From Escherichia coli (GTDB taxonomy: Bacteria > Pseudomonadota > Gammaproteobacteria > Enterobacterales > Enterobacteriaceae): a stretch of DNA of 64,000 nucleotides. The position numbers and the translations under genes are program-made. Where the stretch lies: the NCBI RefSeq assembly GCF_003334815.1, contig NZ_QOWO01000006.1; one strand, 5' to 3'. The notes beneath the pieces are model-generated. The model ran no database searches and was not told where the DNA came from. It saw nothing but the letters and a program-made list of their open reading frames with translations. How positions within the stretch are numbered: the stretch's first letter is position 1; each line of letters starts with the position of its first letter. Below, piece after piece: positions 41,927-52,797 of the stretch.

Positions 41927-42027
41927 TGCCGGATGCGGCGTGAACGCCTTATCCGGCCTACAAAACTTTGCAAATTCAATATATTGCAATCTCCGTGTAG
42001 GCCTGATAAGCGTAGCGCATCAGGCAA
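41927..42027. repeat. REP/BIME palindromic element cluster
   Basis: Near-identical to the 11761-11870 element, including the conserved internal CAAATTCAATATATTGCA motif. Confidence 0.85.
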
Positions 42028-42085
42028 TTTTTCGTTTATGATCATCAAGGCTTCCTTCGGGAAGCCTTTCTACGTTATCGCGCCA

Positions 42086-43280
42086 TCAAATCTGTCGTAA
42101 CTGCGCCTCAACATACAAATAGCCAATTCCCAGCACCTGTTGTGCGCGGCTTAATTGCCCAAAGCCAATTTGCGTCGCTTTCACGCTCGGTCCTTCGTCG
42201 CGGTCGAACGGGTTAAATCCTGTCTGGCGAATAATAGTATTAAGCCAGTTCTCACCAAAGGCACAACTGCGACCGTACAACCAAATCTGATTAATATTGA
42301 GGATGTTGAGGAAGTTATACAGACTCAAACCAATGGCATTGGCAGAGCGATCAACCCAGCTGGTGATCCACGGTTCTCCACTTTGCCAGGCAGCGATTAA
42401 CTGCGCTGTAGTCAGTTTTTCAGGATCAAGTTGAGTACTAACCGGTTGTGATTTTAGCCATACCCGCGCCTGTTTTTTTAATGCGCTTAACGAGGCGACG
42501 GTTTCCAGGCAGCCATAACGTCCACAGTCGCAGACGACGCCATCCGGATTAACGATGGTGTGACCAATCTGTCCGCTACCATACAAACTGCCGCGATAAA
42601 TTTGCTCGTTAATCACGAACGACGAGCCAATGCCGTAATCAACGTTGATCACGCAGAAATCCCGTTCCTGCGAATTATTTTGCCATTTCTCCGCCAGCGC
42701 CAGCATCACGCAGTCATTATCGACCATCACCCGAATGCCGAGCTTCTCTTCCAGCAGATATTTCACCTCCACCGGCGTTGTCCACGGCGCTTGCGGCATG
42801 GTTTGCGACACGCCGGTCACAGGATCAACCTGACCGTGGATTGCCAACGCCAGGTTGATGGTATGGTCCGGCCACAATTTACGGTGGCGATGCCAGCATT
42901 TTTTCGATTTCGGACAGCAGCGCCTGCGGCGTCGGTGCATCAATCTGTAAATACTCAAATTCACCTTTCGGACTTAAACAAGCATTAGCAACCTGACACT
43001 CAATACTGGTGGGCGTCACGTTCAGGCACAGCGTCCAGTCACCTTCCGGCGCAATCAGCCATGTACCGCTACTATGCCCGCGCGTCTGGCTTTCATCGTC
43101 AATATTCACCACCCGTTTTTCGCTTTCCAGTTCCTGCAAAATATTACTGACTGCCGGAATCGAAATTTGCGCCAGCCGGGCCAGCGTTGATTTATTGGCG
43201 CGCTTTTGCCGGTACAGCAGTTCCAGAATCACGCATTTGTTATGGTGGCGAATCTGTTGATTATTAATGCAGGCTCTCAT
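42086..43280 (-). pseudogene. yphH: ROK-family (NagC-like) regulator YphH, disrupted by +1 frameshift in a T6/A6 run
   Basis: Two overlapping minus-strand ORFs in different frames (42879..43286 N-terminal HTH part; 42086..42964 C-terminal part with CDCGRYGC zinc motif); they join in-frame if one T of the run at 42899-42904 is removed. Confidence 0.7.
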
Positions 43281-43397
43281 CTTCACTAAACCTTGTTTAG
43301 TTAATTGCGTGATTATTCCGCGAAAACATTGCCAGATTGTTCAATACACTGCCACAAATCTTTTAATTCAGTATGTCTTGTTAATATTGAGGGCACC

Positions 43398-46300
43398 ATG
43401 ACTCCAGTAAAAGTGTGGCAAGAGCGCGTTGAGATCCCGACCTATGAAACCGGGCCGCAGGATATACATCCCATGTTCCTGGAAAATCGCGTTTATCAGG
43501 GATCGTCCGGCGCGGTTTATCCCTACGGCGTGACCGATACGCTGAGCGAGCAGAAAACCCTGAAATCCTGGCAGGCGGTGTGGCTGGAAAACGACTACAT
43601 CAAAGTGATGATCCTGCCGGAACTGGGCGGTCGGGTGCATCGCGCGTGGGATAAAGTGAAACAGCGCGATTTTGTTTATCACAATGAAGTCATTAAACCT
43701 GCGCTGGTGGGGCTGCTGGGGCCGTGGATTTCCGGTGGGATTGAGTTTAACTGGCCGCAACATCATCGCCCGACCACCTTTATGCCCGTTGATTTCACCC
43801 TCGAAGCCCATGAAGACGGTGCACAGACGGTGTGGGTAGGCGAAACGGAGCCGATGCATGGTTTACAGGTGATGACAGGTTTCACCCTGCGCCCTGACCG
43901 GGCGGCGCTGGAAATCGCCAGCCGCGTCTATAACGGGAACGCCACGCCGCGTCATTTCTTGTGGTGGGCCAACCCGGCAGTGAAAGGGGGGGAAGGGCAT
44001 CAGAGCGTCTTCCCGCCGGATGTAACGGCGGTGTTTGATCACGGCAAACGGGCCGTCTCCGCTTTCCCCATCGCTACCGGCACTTACTACAAAGTGGACT
44101 ACTCCGCTGGAGTGGACATTTCTCGCTATAAAAATGTGCCTGTTCCAACCTCATATATGGCCGAAAAATCGCAGTACGATTTTGTCGGCGCGTGGTGTCA
44201 CGATGAAGATGGCGGTTTGCTGCACGTTGCCAACCACCATATTGCGCCAGGTAAAAAACAGTGGAGTTGGGGACACAGTGAATTTGGCCAGGCGTGGGAT
44301 AAGAGTCTGACCGACAATAACGGCCCGTATATCGAACTGATGACCGGTATTTTTGCCGATAACCAGCCCGATTTTACCTGGCTTGATGCTTACGAAGAGA
44401 AGCGTTTTGAGCAGTATTTCCTGCCTTATCATTCTTTGGGCATGGTGCAAAATGCCTCCCGCGATGCGGTGATAAAACTCCAGCGTAGTAAGCGGGGGAT
44501 TGAGTGGGGGCTGTATGCCATCTCTCCGTTGAACGGATACCGCCTGGCGATCCGCGAAATCGGTAAATGCAACGCGTTACTTGATGATGCCGTGGCACTG
44601 ATGCCTGCGACCGCCATCCAGGGCGTGTTGCACGGTATCAATCCTGAAAGGCTGACCATTGAGCTCTCCGATGCCGACGGCAATATTGTACTGAGTTATC
44701 AGGAACATCAGCCGCAAGCGTTGCCGTTACCGGACGTCGCCAAAGCGCCACTGGCAGCACAAGACATTACCAGTACAGATGAAGCCTGGTTTATCGGTCA
44801 GCATCTGGAGCAATATCATCACGCCAGCCGTTCACCGTTCGATTACTACCTGCGCGGCGTGGCGCTGGACCCGCTGGATTATCGCTGTAACCTGGCGCTG
44901 GCGATGCTGGAATATAACCGCGCAGATTTCCCGCAAGCGGTGGCGTATGCCACTCAGGCTCTGAAACGCGCACATTCGCTGAACAAAAATCCGCAGTGCG
45001 GACAGGCGAGTTTGATTCGCGCCAGTGCTTACGAACGTCAGGGACAATATCAACAAGCCGAAGAGGATTTCTGGCGTGCGGTCTGGAGCGGCAACAGCAA
45101 AGCCGGTGGCTATTATGGCCTGGCACGACTGGCGGCGCGTAATGGTAACTTCGACGCTGGTCTGGATTTTTGCCAACAAAGTCTTCGCGCCTGCCCAACC
45201 AATCAGGAAGTGCTTTGCCTGCATAATCTGCTGCTGGTGTTAAGTGGTCGTCAGGACAACGCGCGTGTGCAGCGCGAGAAACTGCTGCGCGATTATCCGC
45301 TGAACGCCACTCTGTGGTGGCTGAACTGGTTCGATGGTCGTAGCGAATCAGCTCTCGCGCAGTGGCGCGGTCTGTGTCAGGGACGCGACGTTAACGCCCT
45401 GATGACCGCCGGGCAACTGATTAACTGGGGAATGCCCACCCTGGCGGCAGAGATGCTGAACGCACTGGACTGCCAGCGCACGCTGCCGCTTTACCTGCAA
45501 GCCAGCTTGCTGCCGAAAGCCGAACGTGGCGAACTGGTCGCAAAAGCCATTGATGTCTTCCCGCAGTTTGTCCGTTTCCCGAATACGCTGGAAGAAGTGG
45601 CGGCGCTGGAGAGTATTGAAGAGTGCTGGTTTGCTCGCCATTTACTAGCTTGCTTCTACTACAACAAACGTAGCTACAACAAAGCCATTGCCTTTTGGCA
45701 ACGTTGCGTAGAGATGTCGCCGGAGTTTGCCGACGGCTGGCGCGGGTTAGCGATCCATGCGTGGAATAAGCAACACGATTATGAGCTGGCCGCGCGTTAT
45801 CTTGATAATGCTTATCAGCTTGCGCCGCAGGATGCACGTCTGCTTTTCGAACGGGATTTGCTGGATAAGTTAAGTGGAGCCACACCGGAGAAACGACTGG
45901 CGCGTCTGGAAAATAATCTGGAAATTGCGCTGAAACGCGACGACATGACCGCAGAACTGCTCAATTTGTGGCATCTCACGGGTCAGGCAGACAAAGCGGC
46001 GGACATTCTCGCCACGCGCAAATTCCACCCGTGGGAAGGCGGGGAAGGGAAGGTCACCAGTCAGTTTATCCTCAACCAGTTATTACGCGCCTGGCAGCAT
46101 CTTGATGCCAGACAGCCGCAGCAGGCCTGCGAACTGCTTCATGCCGCGCTGCATTATCCGGAGAATTTAAGCGAAGGCCGTTTACCGGGGCAAACTGATA
46201 ACGACATCTGGTTCTGGCAGGCGATATGCGCCAACGCGCAGGGCGATGAAACTGAAGCGACGCGTTGTTTACGTCTGGCGGCGACCGGCGATCGCACTAT

Positions 46301-46679
46301 TAACATTCACAGTTATTACAACGATCAGCCGGTTGATTATCTCTTCTGGCAAGGGATGGCGCTGCGACTGCTGGGCGAACAACAAACCGCACAGCAACTG
46401 TTTAGTGAAATGAAACAGTGGGCGCAAGAGATGGCGAAAACCAGTATCGAAGCGGATTTCTTTGCCGTCTCGCAACCTGACTTGTTGTCGCTGTATGGCG
46501 ATTTACAACAGCAGCATAAAGAAAAATGCCTGATGGTGGCGATGCTGGCGTCCGCGGGACTCGGGGAGGTTGCGCAATATGAGTCTGCTCGCGCTGAATT
46601 GACGGCGATTAATCCGGCTTGGCCGAAAGCGGCATTATTCACCACCGTGATGCCTTTTATTTTTAACCGCGTTCACTAA
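43398..46679 (+). CDS. yphG: large uncharacterised protein with C-terminal TPR-like repeats
   Basis: Track ORF 43305..46679; ATG 43398 after GAGGG gives about 1093 aa MTPVKVWQERVEIPTYETGPQDIH...; no signal peptide; helical repeat composition in the C-terminal half. Confidence 0.85.
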   Translation: MTPVKVWQERVEIPTYETGPQDIHPMFLENRVYQGSSGAVYPYGVTDTLSEQKTLKSWQAVWLENDYIKVMILPELGGRVHRAWDKVKQRDFVYHNEVIKPALVGLLGPWISGGIEFNWPQHHRPTTFMPVDFTLEAHEDGAQTVWVGETEPMHGLQVMTGFTLRPDRAALEIASRVYNGNATPRHFLWWANPAVKGGEGHQSVFPPDVTAVFDHGKRAVSAFPIATGTYYKVDYSAGVDISRYKNVPVPTSYMAEKSQYDFVGAWCHDEDGGLLHVANHHIAPGKKQWSWGHSEFGQAWDKSLTDNNGPYIELMTGIFADNQPDFTWLDAYEEKRFEQYFLPYHSLGMVQNASRDAVIKLQRSKRGIEWGLYAISPLNGYRLAIREIGKCNALLDDAVALMPATAIQGVLHGINPERLTIELSDADGNIVLSYQEHQPQALPLPDVAKAPLAAQDITSTDEAWFIGQHLEQYHHASRSPFDYYLRGVALDPLDYRCNLALAMLEYNRADFPQAVAYATQALKRAHSLNKNPQCGQASLIRASAYERQGQYQQAEEDFWRAVWSGNSKAGGYYGLARLAARNGNFDAGLDFCQQSLRACPTNQEVLCLHNLLLVLSGRQDNARVQREKLLRDYPLNATLWWLNWFDGRSESALAQWRGLCQGRDVNALMTAGQLINWGMPTLAAEMLNALDCQRTLPLYLQASLLPKAERGELVAKAIDVFPQFVRFPNTLEEVAALESIEECWFARHLLACFYYNKRSYNKAIAFWQRCVEMSPEFADGWRGLAIHAWNKQHDYELAARYLDNAYQLAPQDARLLFERDLLDKLSGATPEKRLARLENNLEIALKRDDMTAELLNLWHLTGQADKAADILATRKFHPWEGGEGKVTSQFILNQLLRAWQHLDARQPQQACELLHAALHYPENLSEGRLPGQTDNDIWFWQAICANAQGDETEATRCLRLAATGDRTINIHSYYNDQPVDYLFWQGMALRLLGEQQTAQQLFSEMKQWAQEMAKTSIEADFFAVSQPDLLSLYGDLQQQHKEKCLMVAMLASAGLGEVAQYESARAELTAINPAWPKAALFTTVMPFIFNRVH

Positions 46680-46775
46680 ACCCTATTAACTGTAATATTT
46701 GAGCGGCACGCGCTGCCGCTCATCACAAAATAATTAGAATAAGCCGTTGTTAATAAAAACCCTACAGGAGGCTCT

Positions 46776-47759
46776 ATGCCTACAAAAATGAGAACAACCC
46801 GTAATCTATTATTAATGGCTACGCTATTAGGTAGCGCACTATTTGCCAGGGCTGCGGAAAAAGAAATGACCATTGGCGCAATATACCTTGATACTCAGGG
46901 ATACTACGCTGGAGTGCGTCAGGGCGTTCAGGATGCGGCAAAAGATTCCTCAGTACAAGTTCAGTTAATAGAAACTAACGCCCAGGGTGATATTTCGAAA
47001 GAAAGTACCTTTGTTGATACCCTCGTGGCGCGTAATGTCGATGCCATTATTTTATCGGCAGTGTCTGAAAATGGCAGTAGCCGTACCGTTCGTCGCGCCA
47101 GTGAAGCGGGCATTCCGGTGATTTGCTACAACACCTGTATTAATCAAAAGGGGGTCGATAAATATGTCTCGGCGTATCTGGTCGGCGATCCGCTGGAATT
47201 TGGTAAAAAACTGGGTAACGCTGCCGCTGATTATTTTATTGCCAATAAAATTGACCAGCCGAAAATTGCCGTCATCAATTGCGAAGCCTTTGAAGTTTGT
47301 GTGCAGCGACGTAAAGGATTTGAAGAAGTTTTAAAATCCCGCGTTCCCGGCGCGCAAATTGTCGCTAATCAGGAAGGGACTGTTTTAGATAAAGCGATTT
47401 CCGTTGGTGAAAAACTAATTATCTCCACGCCGGATCTCAACGCCATTATGGGGGAATCGGGCGGTGCGACACTCGGCGCGGTAAAAGCGGTACGTAATCA
47501 AAATCAGGCCGGAAAAATTGCTGTTTTCGGTTCGGATATGACAACCGAAATTGCTCAGGAGCTGGAAAACAATCAGGTGCTGAAAGCGGTAGTGGATATT
47601 TCCGGTAAGAAAATGGGCAATGCTGTTTTCGCGCAAACATTGAAGGTTATCAATAAACAAGCCGACGGTGAAAAAGTGATTCAGGTGCCTATCGATCTCT
47701 ATACCAAAACGGAAGACGGTAAACAGTGGCTGGCAACGCACGTTGATGGTCTGCCCTAA
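46776..47759 (+). CDS. yphF: periplasmic sugar-binding protein of ABC transporter
   Basis: 327-aa ORF with signal peptide MPTKMRTTRNLLLMATLLGSALFARA; type-I periplasmic binding fold composition. Confidence 0.9.
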   Translation: MPTKMRTTRNLLLMATLLGSALFARAAEKEMTIGAIYLDTQGYYAGVRQGVQDAAKDSSVQVQLIETNAQGDISKESTFVDTLVARNVDAIILSAVSENGSSRTVRRASEAGIPVICYNTCINQKGVDKYVSAYLVGDPLEFGKKLGNAAADYFIANKIDQPKIAVINCEAFEVCVQRRKGFEEVLKSRVPGAQIVANQEGTVLDKAISVGEKLIISTPDLNAIMGESGGATLGAVKAVRNQNQAGKIAVFGSDMTTEIAQELENNQVLKAVVDISGKKMGNAVFAQTLKVINKQADGEKVIQVPIDLYTKTEDGKQWLATHVDGLP

Positions 47760-47781
47760 TCGCTGATTCGCAGAGGTCCCT

Positions 47782-49293
47782 ATGTTCACGGCAACAGAGG
47801 CAGTCCCGGTAGCAAAAGTGGTGGCAGGAAATAAGCGTTATCCCGGCGTCGTTGCGCTGGATAACGTTAACTTCACGCTCAATAAAGGCGAAGTTCGTGC
47901 GCTGTTAGGTAAAAACGGCGCGGGCAAATCGACTCTCATTCGAATGCTTACCGGCAGCGAACGCCCGGATAGCGGTGATATCTGGATTGGCGAGACGCGA
48001 CTGGAAGGTGACGAAGCTACGCTGACTCGCCGTGCCGCTGAACTGGGGGTGCGCGCGGTTTATCAGGAGTTAAGTCTGGTGGAAGGGCTGACAGTGGCGG
48101 AAAACCTCTGCCTCGGTCAGTGGCCCCGCCGCAACGGCATGATTGATTACCTGCAAATGGCGCAGGATGCCCAACGTTGCTTACAGGCGCTGGGCGTTGA
48201 CGTTAGTCCTGAACAACTTGTTTCAACGCTAAGCCCGGCGCAAAAGCAGCTGGTGGAAATTGCGCGGGTGATGAAGGGCGAGCCGCGCGTGGTCATTCTT
48301 GATGAACCTACCAGTTCGCTTGCGAGTGCGGAAGTTGAACTGGTGATCAGCGCGGTGAAAAAGATGTCGGCACTGGGCGTGGCGGTGATTTATGTCAGCC
48401 ACCGGATGGAAGAAATTCGCCGCATTGCCTCCTGTGCCACCGTTATGCGCGATGGTCAGGTGGCGGGCGATGTGATGCTCGAAAACACCTCCACGCATCA
48501 TATTGTGTCGCTGATGCTCGGGCGCGATCACGTTGATATTGCGCCGGTAGCCCCTCAGGAAATTGTGGATCAGGCCGTGCTGGAAGTCCGTGCGTTACGC
48601 CATAAGCCCAAGCTGGAGGATATCAGTTTTACGCTACGTCGTGGCGAAGTGCTCGGCATTGCTGGTCTGCTGGGGGCAGGGCGCAGTGAATTGCTGAAGG
48701 CGATTGTTGGGCTGGAGGAGTATGAACAGGGCGAAATTGTTATCAACGGCGAGAAAATCACGCGCCCCGATTACGGCGACATGCTGAAACGCGGCATTGG
48801 CTATACGCCAGAAAACCGCAAAGAAGCGGGGATCATTCCCTGGTTGGGCGTTGACGAAAATACAGTGCTGACCAATCGGCAAAAAATCAGCGCCAACGGT
48901 GTGCTGCAATGGTCCACCATCCGCCGCCTGACCGAAGAGGTGATGCAGCGGATGACGGTCAAGGCCGCCAGTAGCGAAACACCCATCGGCACGCTTTCTG
49001 GTGGCAATCAGCAAAAAGTGGTGATCGGTCGTTGGGTCTATGCTGCCAGCCAGATTTTGTTGCTCGACGAGCCAACGCGCGGCGTCGATATCGAAGCCAA
49101 ACAGCAGATTTACCGTATTGTCCGTGAGCTGGCTGCCGAAGGAAAAAGCGTGGTGTTTATCTCCAGTGAAGTGGAGGAGTTGCCGCTGGTGTGTGACCGC
49201 ATCCTGTTATTACAGCACGGCACGTTCTCGCAGGAGTTTCACGCTCCGGTCAATGTGGATGAGCTGATGTCCGCCATTCTGTCTGTGCACTGA
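47782..49293 (+). CDS. yphE: sugar ABC transporter ATP-binding protein (duplicated ABC domain)
   Basis: 503-aa ORF with Walker A GKNGAGKST, ABC signature LSGGNQQK and second Walker B LLLDEPTRGVD. Confidence 0.92.
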   Translation: MFTATEAVPVAKVVAGNKRYPGVVALDNVNFTLNKGEVRALLGKNGAGKSTLIRMLTGSERPDSGDIWIGETRLEGDEATLTRRAAELGVRAVYQELSLVEGLTVAENLCLGQWPRRNGMIDYLQMAQDAQRCLQALGVDVSPEQLVSTLSPAQKQLVEIARVMKGEPRVVILDEPTSSLASAEVELVISAVKKMSALGVAVIYVSHRMEEIRRIASCATVMRDGQVAGDVMLENTSTHHIVSLMLGRDHVDIAPVAPQEIVDQAVLEVRALRHKPKLEDISFTLRRGEVLGIAGLLGAGRSELLKAIVGLEEYEQGEIVINGEKITRPDYGDMLKRGIGYTPENRKEAGIIPWLGVDENTVLTNRQKISANGVLQWSTIRRLTEEVMQRMTVKAASSETPIGTLSGGNQQKVVIGRWVYAASQILLLDEPTRGVDIEAKQQIYRIVRELAAEGKSVVFISSEVEELPLVCDRILLLQHGTFSQEFHAPVNVDELMSAILSVH

Positions 49294-49317
49294 TGAATTT
49301 TACCGAGGAACCTGAAG

Positions 49318-50316
49318 ATGTCTGCTTCGTCATTACCATTGCCGCAGGGCAAGAGCGTCTCGCTCAAACAATTTGTCAGTCGCCATATTAATGAGATCGG
49401 TTTGCTGGTGGTGATTGCCATTCTTTATCTGGTCTTCTCCCTGAACGCGCCTGGCTTTATCTCATTGAATAACCAGATGAACGTGCTGCGCGATGCCGCC
49501 ACCATTGGGATTGCCGCCTGGGCGATGACGCTGATTATTATCTCCGGTGAAATTGATGTCAGCGTTGGGCCGATGGTGGCTTTTGTCTCGGTGTGCCTGG
49601 CATTTTTGCTGCAATTTGAAGTTCCGCTGGCGGTGGCGTGCCTGCTGGTGTTGCTGTTAGGCGCGCTGATGGGAACGCTGGCCGGGGTGCTGCGCGGCGT
49701 GTTTAATGTACCAAGTTTCGTTGCCACACTGGGGCTGTGGAGCGCCCTGCGCGGAATGGGGCTGTTTATGACGAACGCACTGCCAGTGCCGATTGATGAA
49801 AACGAGGTGCTGGACTGGCTGGGCGGACAATTTCTCGGTGTGCCGGTATCCGCGCTGATCATGATTGTGTTGTTTGCGCTGTTTGTGTTCATCAGCCGCA
49901 AAACCGCCTTCGGGCGCTCGGTTTTTGCCGTTGGCGGTAATGCTACGGCGGCGCAGTTGTGCGGCATCAACGTTCGTCGGGTGCGCATTCTTATCTTTAC
50001 CCTTTCGGGATTATTAGCGGCGGTGACCGGCATTTTGTTGGCGGCGCGCCTCGGTTCTGGTAACGCAGGTGCCGCAAACGGTCTGGAGTTTGACGTCATC
50101 GCCGCGGTCGTGGTCGGCGGTACGGCACTTTCCGGCGGTCGCGGTTCCCTGTTCGGTACATTGCTTGGTGTGCTGGTGATTACGCTAATCGGTAACGGTC
50201 TGGTGCTGCTCGGTATTAACTCCTTTTTCCAGCAGGTGGTACGCGGCGTCATCATCGTGGTGGCGGTGCTGGCGAATATCTTGCTGACCCAGCGAAGCAG
50301 TAAAGCGAAACGCTAA
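49318..50316 (+). CDS. yphD: sugar ABC transporter permease
   Basis: 332-aa hydrophobic ORF; RbsC/CUT2-like permease composition. Confidence 0.9.
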   Translation: MSASSLPLPQGKSVSLKQFVSRHINEIGLLVVIAILYLVFSLNAPGFISLNNQMNVLRDAATIGIAAWAMTLIIISGEIDVSVGPMVAFVSVCLAFLLQFEVPLAVACLLVLLLGALMGTLAGVLRGVFNVPSFVATLGLWSALRGMGLFMTNALPVPIDENEVLDWLGGQFLGVPVSALIMIVLFALFVFISRKTAFGRSVFAVGGNATAAQLCGINVRRVRILIFTLSGLLAAVTGILLAARLGSGNAGAANGLEFDVIAAVVVGGTALSGGRGSLFGTLLGVLVITLIGNGLVLLGINSFFQQVVRGVIIVVAVLANILLTQRSSKAKR

Positions 50317-50381
50317 ACCTTAACGCCCCTGGCGCGGGTGCGGCAGGGATGAAAATTAATCGTATTGTTAATGAGGGATTT

Positions 50382-51443
50382 ATGAAAACGATGCTGGCAG
50401 CTTATTTACCAGGAAATTCGACCGTCGATCTGCGGGAAGTTGCGGTGCCGACGCCGGGGATTAACCAGGTACTGATCAAAATGAAATCCTCCGGGATTTG
50501 CGGAAGCGATGTCCACTATATCTATCATCAACACCGTGCCACAGCGGCGGCACCCGATAAACCGTTATACCAGGGCTTTATCAACGGTCATGAACCGTGC
50601 GGGCAGATTGTGGCGATGGGGCAAGGCTGCCGCCATTTTAAAGAGGGCGACCGCGTGCTGGTGTATCACATTTCTGGCTGTGGTTTTTGCCCGAACTGCC
50701 GTCGCGGTTTTCCTATTTCTTGTACTGGCGAAGGAAAAGCGGCTTACGGCTGGCAGCGTGACGGCGGTCATGCCGAATACTTGCTGGCGGAAGAAAAAGA
50801 TCTGATCCTCCTGCCGGATGCGCTGAGCTACGAAGATGGTGCGTTTATCAGTTGCGGCGTTGGTACAGCGTATGAAGGAATTTTGCGCGGCGAAGTTTCC
50901 GGCAGTGATAACGTGCTGGTGGTCGGTCTGGGGCCAGTCGGCATGATGGCGATGATGCTGGCGAAAGGTCGCGGTGCAAAACGGATCATCGGCGTTGATA
51001 TGCTGCCGGAACGTCTGGCGATGGCAAAACAGTTAGGGGTGATGGATCACGGCTATTTAGCAACCACCGAAGGTCTGCCGCAGATTATCGCCGAACTCAC
51101 CCACGGTGGCGCGGATGTTGCGCTCGATTGTTCCGGTAATGCCGCAGGTCGCTTGCTGGCACTGCAATCCACCGCTGACTGGGGACGGGTGGTTTACATT
51201 GGTGAAACCGGAAAAGTGGAATTCGAGGTCAGCGCCGATCTGATGCACCATCAACGGCGGATTATCGGCTCCTGGGTGACCAGTCTGTTCCATATGGAAA
51301 AATGCGCCCATGATCTGACGGACTGGAAGCTGTGGCCGCGTAACGCCATTACCCATCGCTTCTCGCTGGAACAGGCAGGTGATGCCTATGCGCTGATGGC
51401 GAGCGGCAAATGCGGGAAAGTTGTGATTAACTTCCCGGATTAA
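50382..51443 (+). CDS. yphC: zinc-dependent medium-chain alcohol/polyol dehydrogenase
   Basis: Track ORF 50349..51443 trimmed to ATG 50382 after GAGGG (353 aa); GHEPCG and GxGxxG Rossmann motifs. Confidence 0.88.
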   Translation: MKTMLAAYLPGNSTVDLREVAVPTPGINQVLIKMKSSGICGSDVHYIYHQHRATAAAPDKPLYQGFINGHEPCGQIVAMGQGCRHFKEGDRVLVYHISGCGFCPNCRRGFPISCTGEGKAAYGWQRDGGHAEYLLAEEKDLILLPDALSYEDGAFISCGVGTAYEGILRGEVSGSDNVLVVGLGPVGMMAMMLAKGRGAKRIIGVDMLPERLAMAKQLGVMDHGYLATTEGLPQIIAELTHGGADVALDCSGNAAGRLLALQSTADWGRVVYIGETGKVEFEVSADLMHHQRRIIGSWVTSLFHMEKCAHDLTDWKLWPRNAITHRFSLEQAGDAYALMASGKCGKVVINFPD

Positions 51444-51454
51444 GGAGTTAGCGG

Positions 51455-52327
51455 ATGACCATCTATACCTTATCCCACGGGTCGCTAAAGCTGGACGTTT
51501 CTGACCAGGGCGGCGTAATCGAAGGCTTCTGGCGCGATACGACGCCGCTCTTACGTCCTGGTAAAAAAAGCGGTGTGGCAACCGATGCCTCATGTTTTCC
51601 GCTGGTGCCATTTGCAAACCGGGTGAGCGGCAATCGTTTTGTCTGGCAGGGGCGTGAGTATCAACTGCAACCGAATGTTGAGTGGGATGCGCACTATCTA
51701 CACGGCGATGGCTGGCTGGGCGAGTGGCAATGTGTCTCGCACAGCGATGATAGTTTGTGTCTGGTGTATGAACATCGCAGCGGTGTCTATCACTATCGGG
51801 TAAGTCAGGCGTTTCATTTAACGGCGGATACGCTGACGGTGACGCTCTCTGTCACCAATCAAGGGGCAGAGACGCTGCCATTTGGTACCGGCTGGCATCC
51901 TTATTTTCCGTTGTCGCCGCAAACGCGGATTCAGGCACAGGCGAGCGGTTACTGGCTGGAGCGGGAGCAGTGGCTGGCGGGTGAGTTTTGCGAGCAGCTA
52001 CCGCAGGAACTGGATTTTAACCAGCCCGCGCCGTTGCCGCGCCAGTGGGTGAACAATGGTTTTGCCGGATGGAATGGTCAGGCCCGCATCGAGCAGCCGC
52101 AGGAAGGTTATGCCATCATCATGGAAACGATGCCACCTGCACCGTGTTATTTCATCTTTGTTTCCGACCCTGCGTTTGATAAAGGATATGCGTTTGATTT
52201 CTTCTGTCTGGAACCGATGAGCCATGCGCCGGATGATCATCATCGCCCGGAAGGGGGTGATCTCATTGCGCTAGCACCAGGGGAATCAACAACTTCAGAG
52301 ATGTCGTTGCGGGTAGAGTGGCTGTAA
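51455..52327 (+). CDS. yphB: aldose 1-epimerase-family protein
   Basis: 290-aa ORF MTIYTLSHGSLKLDVSDQGGVIEGFWRD...; mutarotase-like. Confidence 0.88.
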   Translation: MTIYTLSHGSLKLDVSDQGGVIEGFWRDTTPLLRPGKKSGVATDASCFPLVPFANRVSGNRFVWQGREYQLQPNVEWDAHYLHGDGWLGEWQCVSHSDDSLCLVYEHRSGVYHYRVSQAFHLTADTLTVTLSVTNQGAETLPFGTGWHPYFPLSPQTRIQAQASGYWLEREQWLAGEFCEQLPQELDFNQPAPLPRQWVNNGFAGWNGQARIEQPQEGYAIIMETMPPAPCYFIFVSDPAFDKGYAFDFFCLEPMSHAPDDHHRPEGGDLIALAPGESTTSEMSLRVEWL

Positions 52328-52337
52328 TTTATTAAAT

Positions 52338-52367
52338 GCCGGATAAGGCGTTCACGCCGCATCCGGC
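52338..52367. repeat. single REP palindromic unit
   Basis: GCCGGATAAGGCGTTCACGCCGCATCCGGC between yphB and yphA. Confidence 0.75.
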
Positions 52368-52374
52368 ATCTTTC

Positions 52375-52797
52375 CTAACGCCGATCGAGAGAAATTGCCC
52401 CCGGCCCGGTAATTGCCAATAGCAAGAACGCGCCAGCGATACTGACATTCTTCCAGAAATTAATCATATTTGGCCCAACCGCATCGCCGGTCATATCCCA
52501 GTAATGGTGACCAATCACCGCCGTACCCAGCGTGTAGAAAATAAACAGCACCGCCAGCGGACGGGTGAAAAAGCCAAGCACGATTAATATCGCGGCGGGC
52601 ACTTCCATAACTACCGCAATAATCGCTGCCAGCATCGGCATTGGCGCGCCCAACGAGGCCATATATTGGACCGTACCGTCAAAGCCCATCATTTTGGGAA
52701 AACCAAAAATAATGAAAATTAAGACCACGGCGATACGGGCAATTAATAACAAAACGGGGCGGGCAGCTCCAAAATCAAAATAACGTAGTGTGTTCAT
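52375..52797 (-). CDS. yphA: DoxX-family inner membrane protein
   Basis: Track ORF 52375..52869 trimmed to ATG 52797 ([26 protein letters not shown]..., 140 aa). Confidence 0.85.

Noticed and set aside
40638-41927. 429-aa minus-strand ORF opposite glyA
   Set aside because: Fully antisense to glyA, with no SD and no domain signature; shadow ORF.
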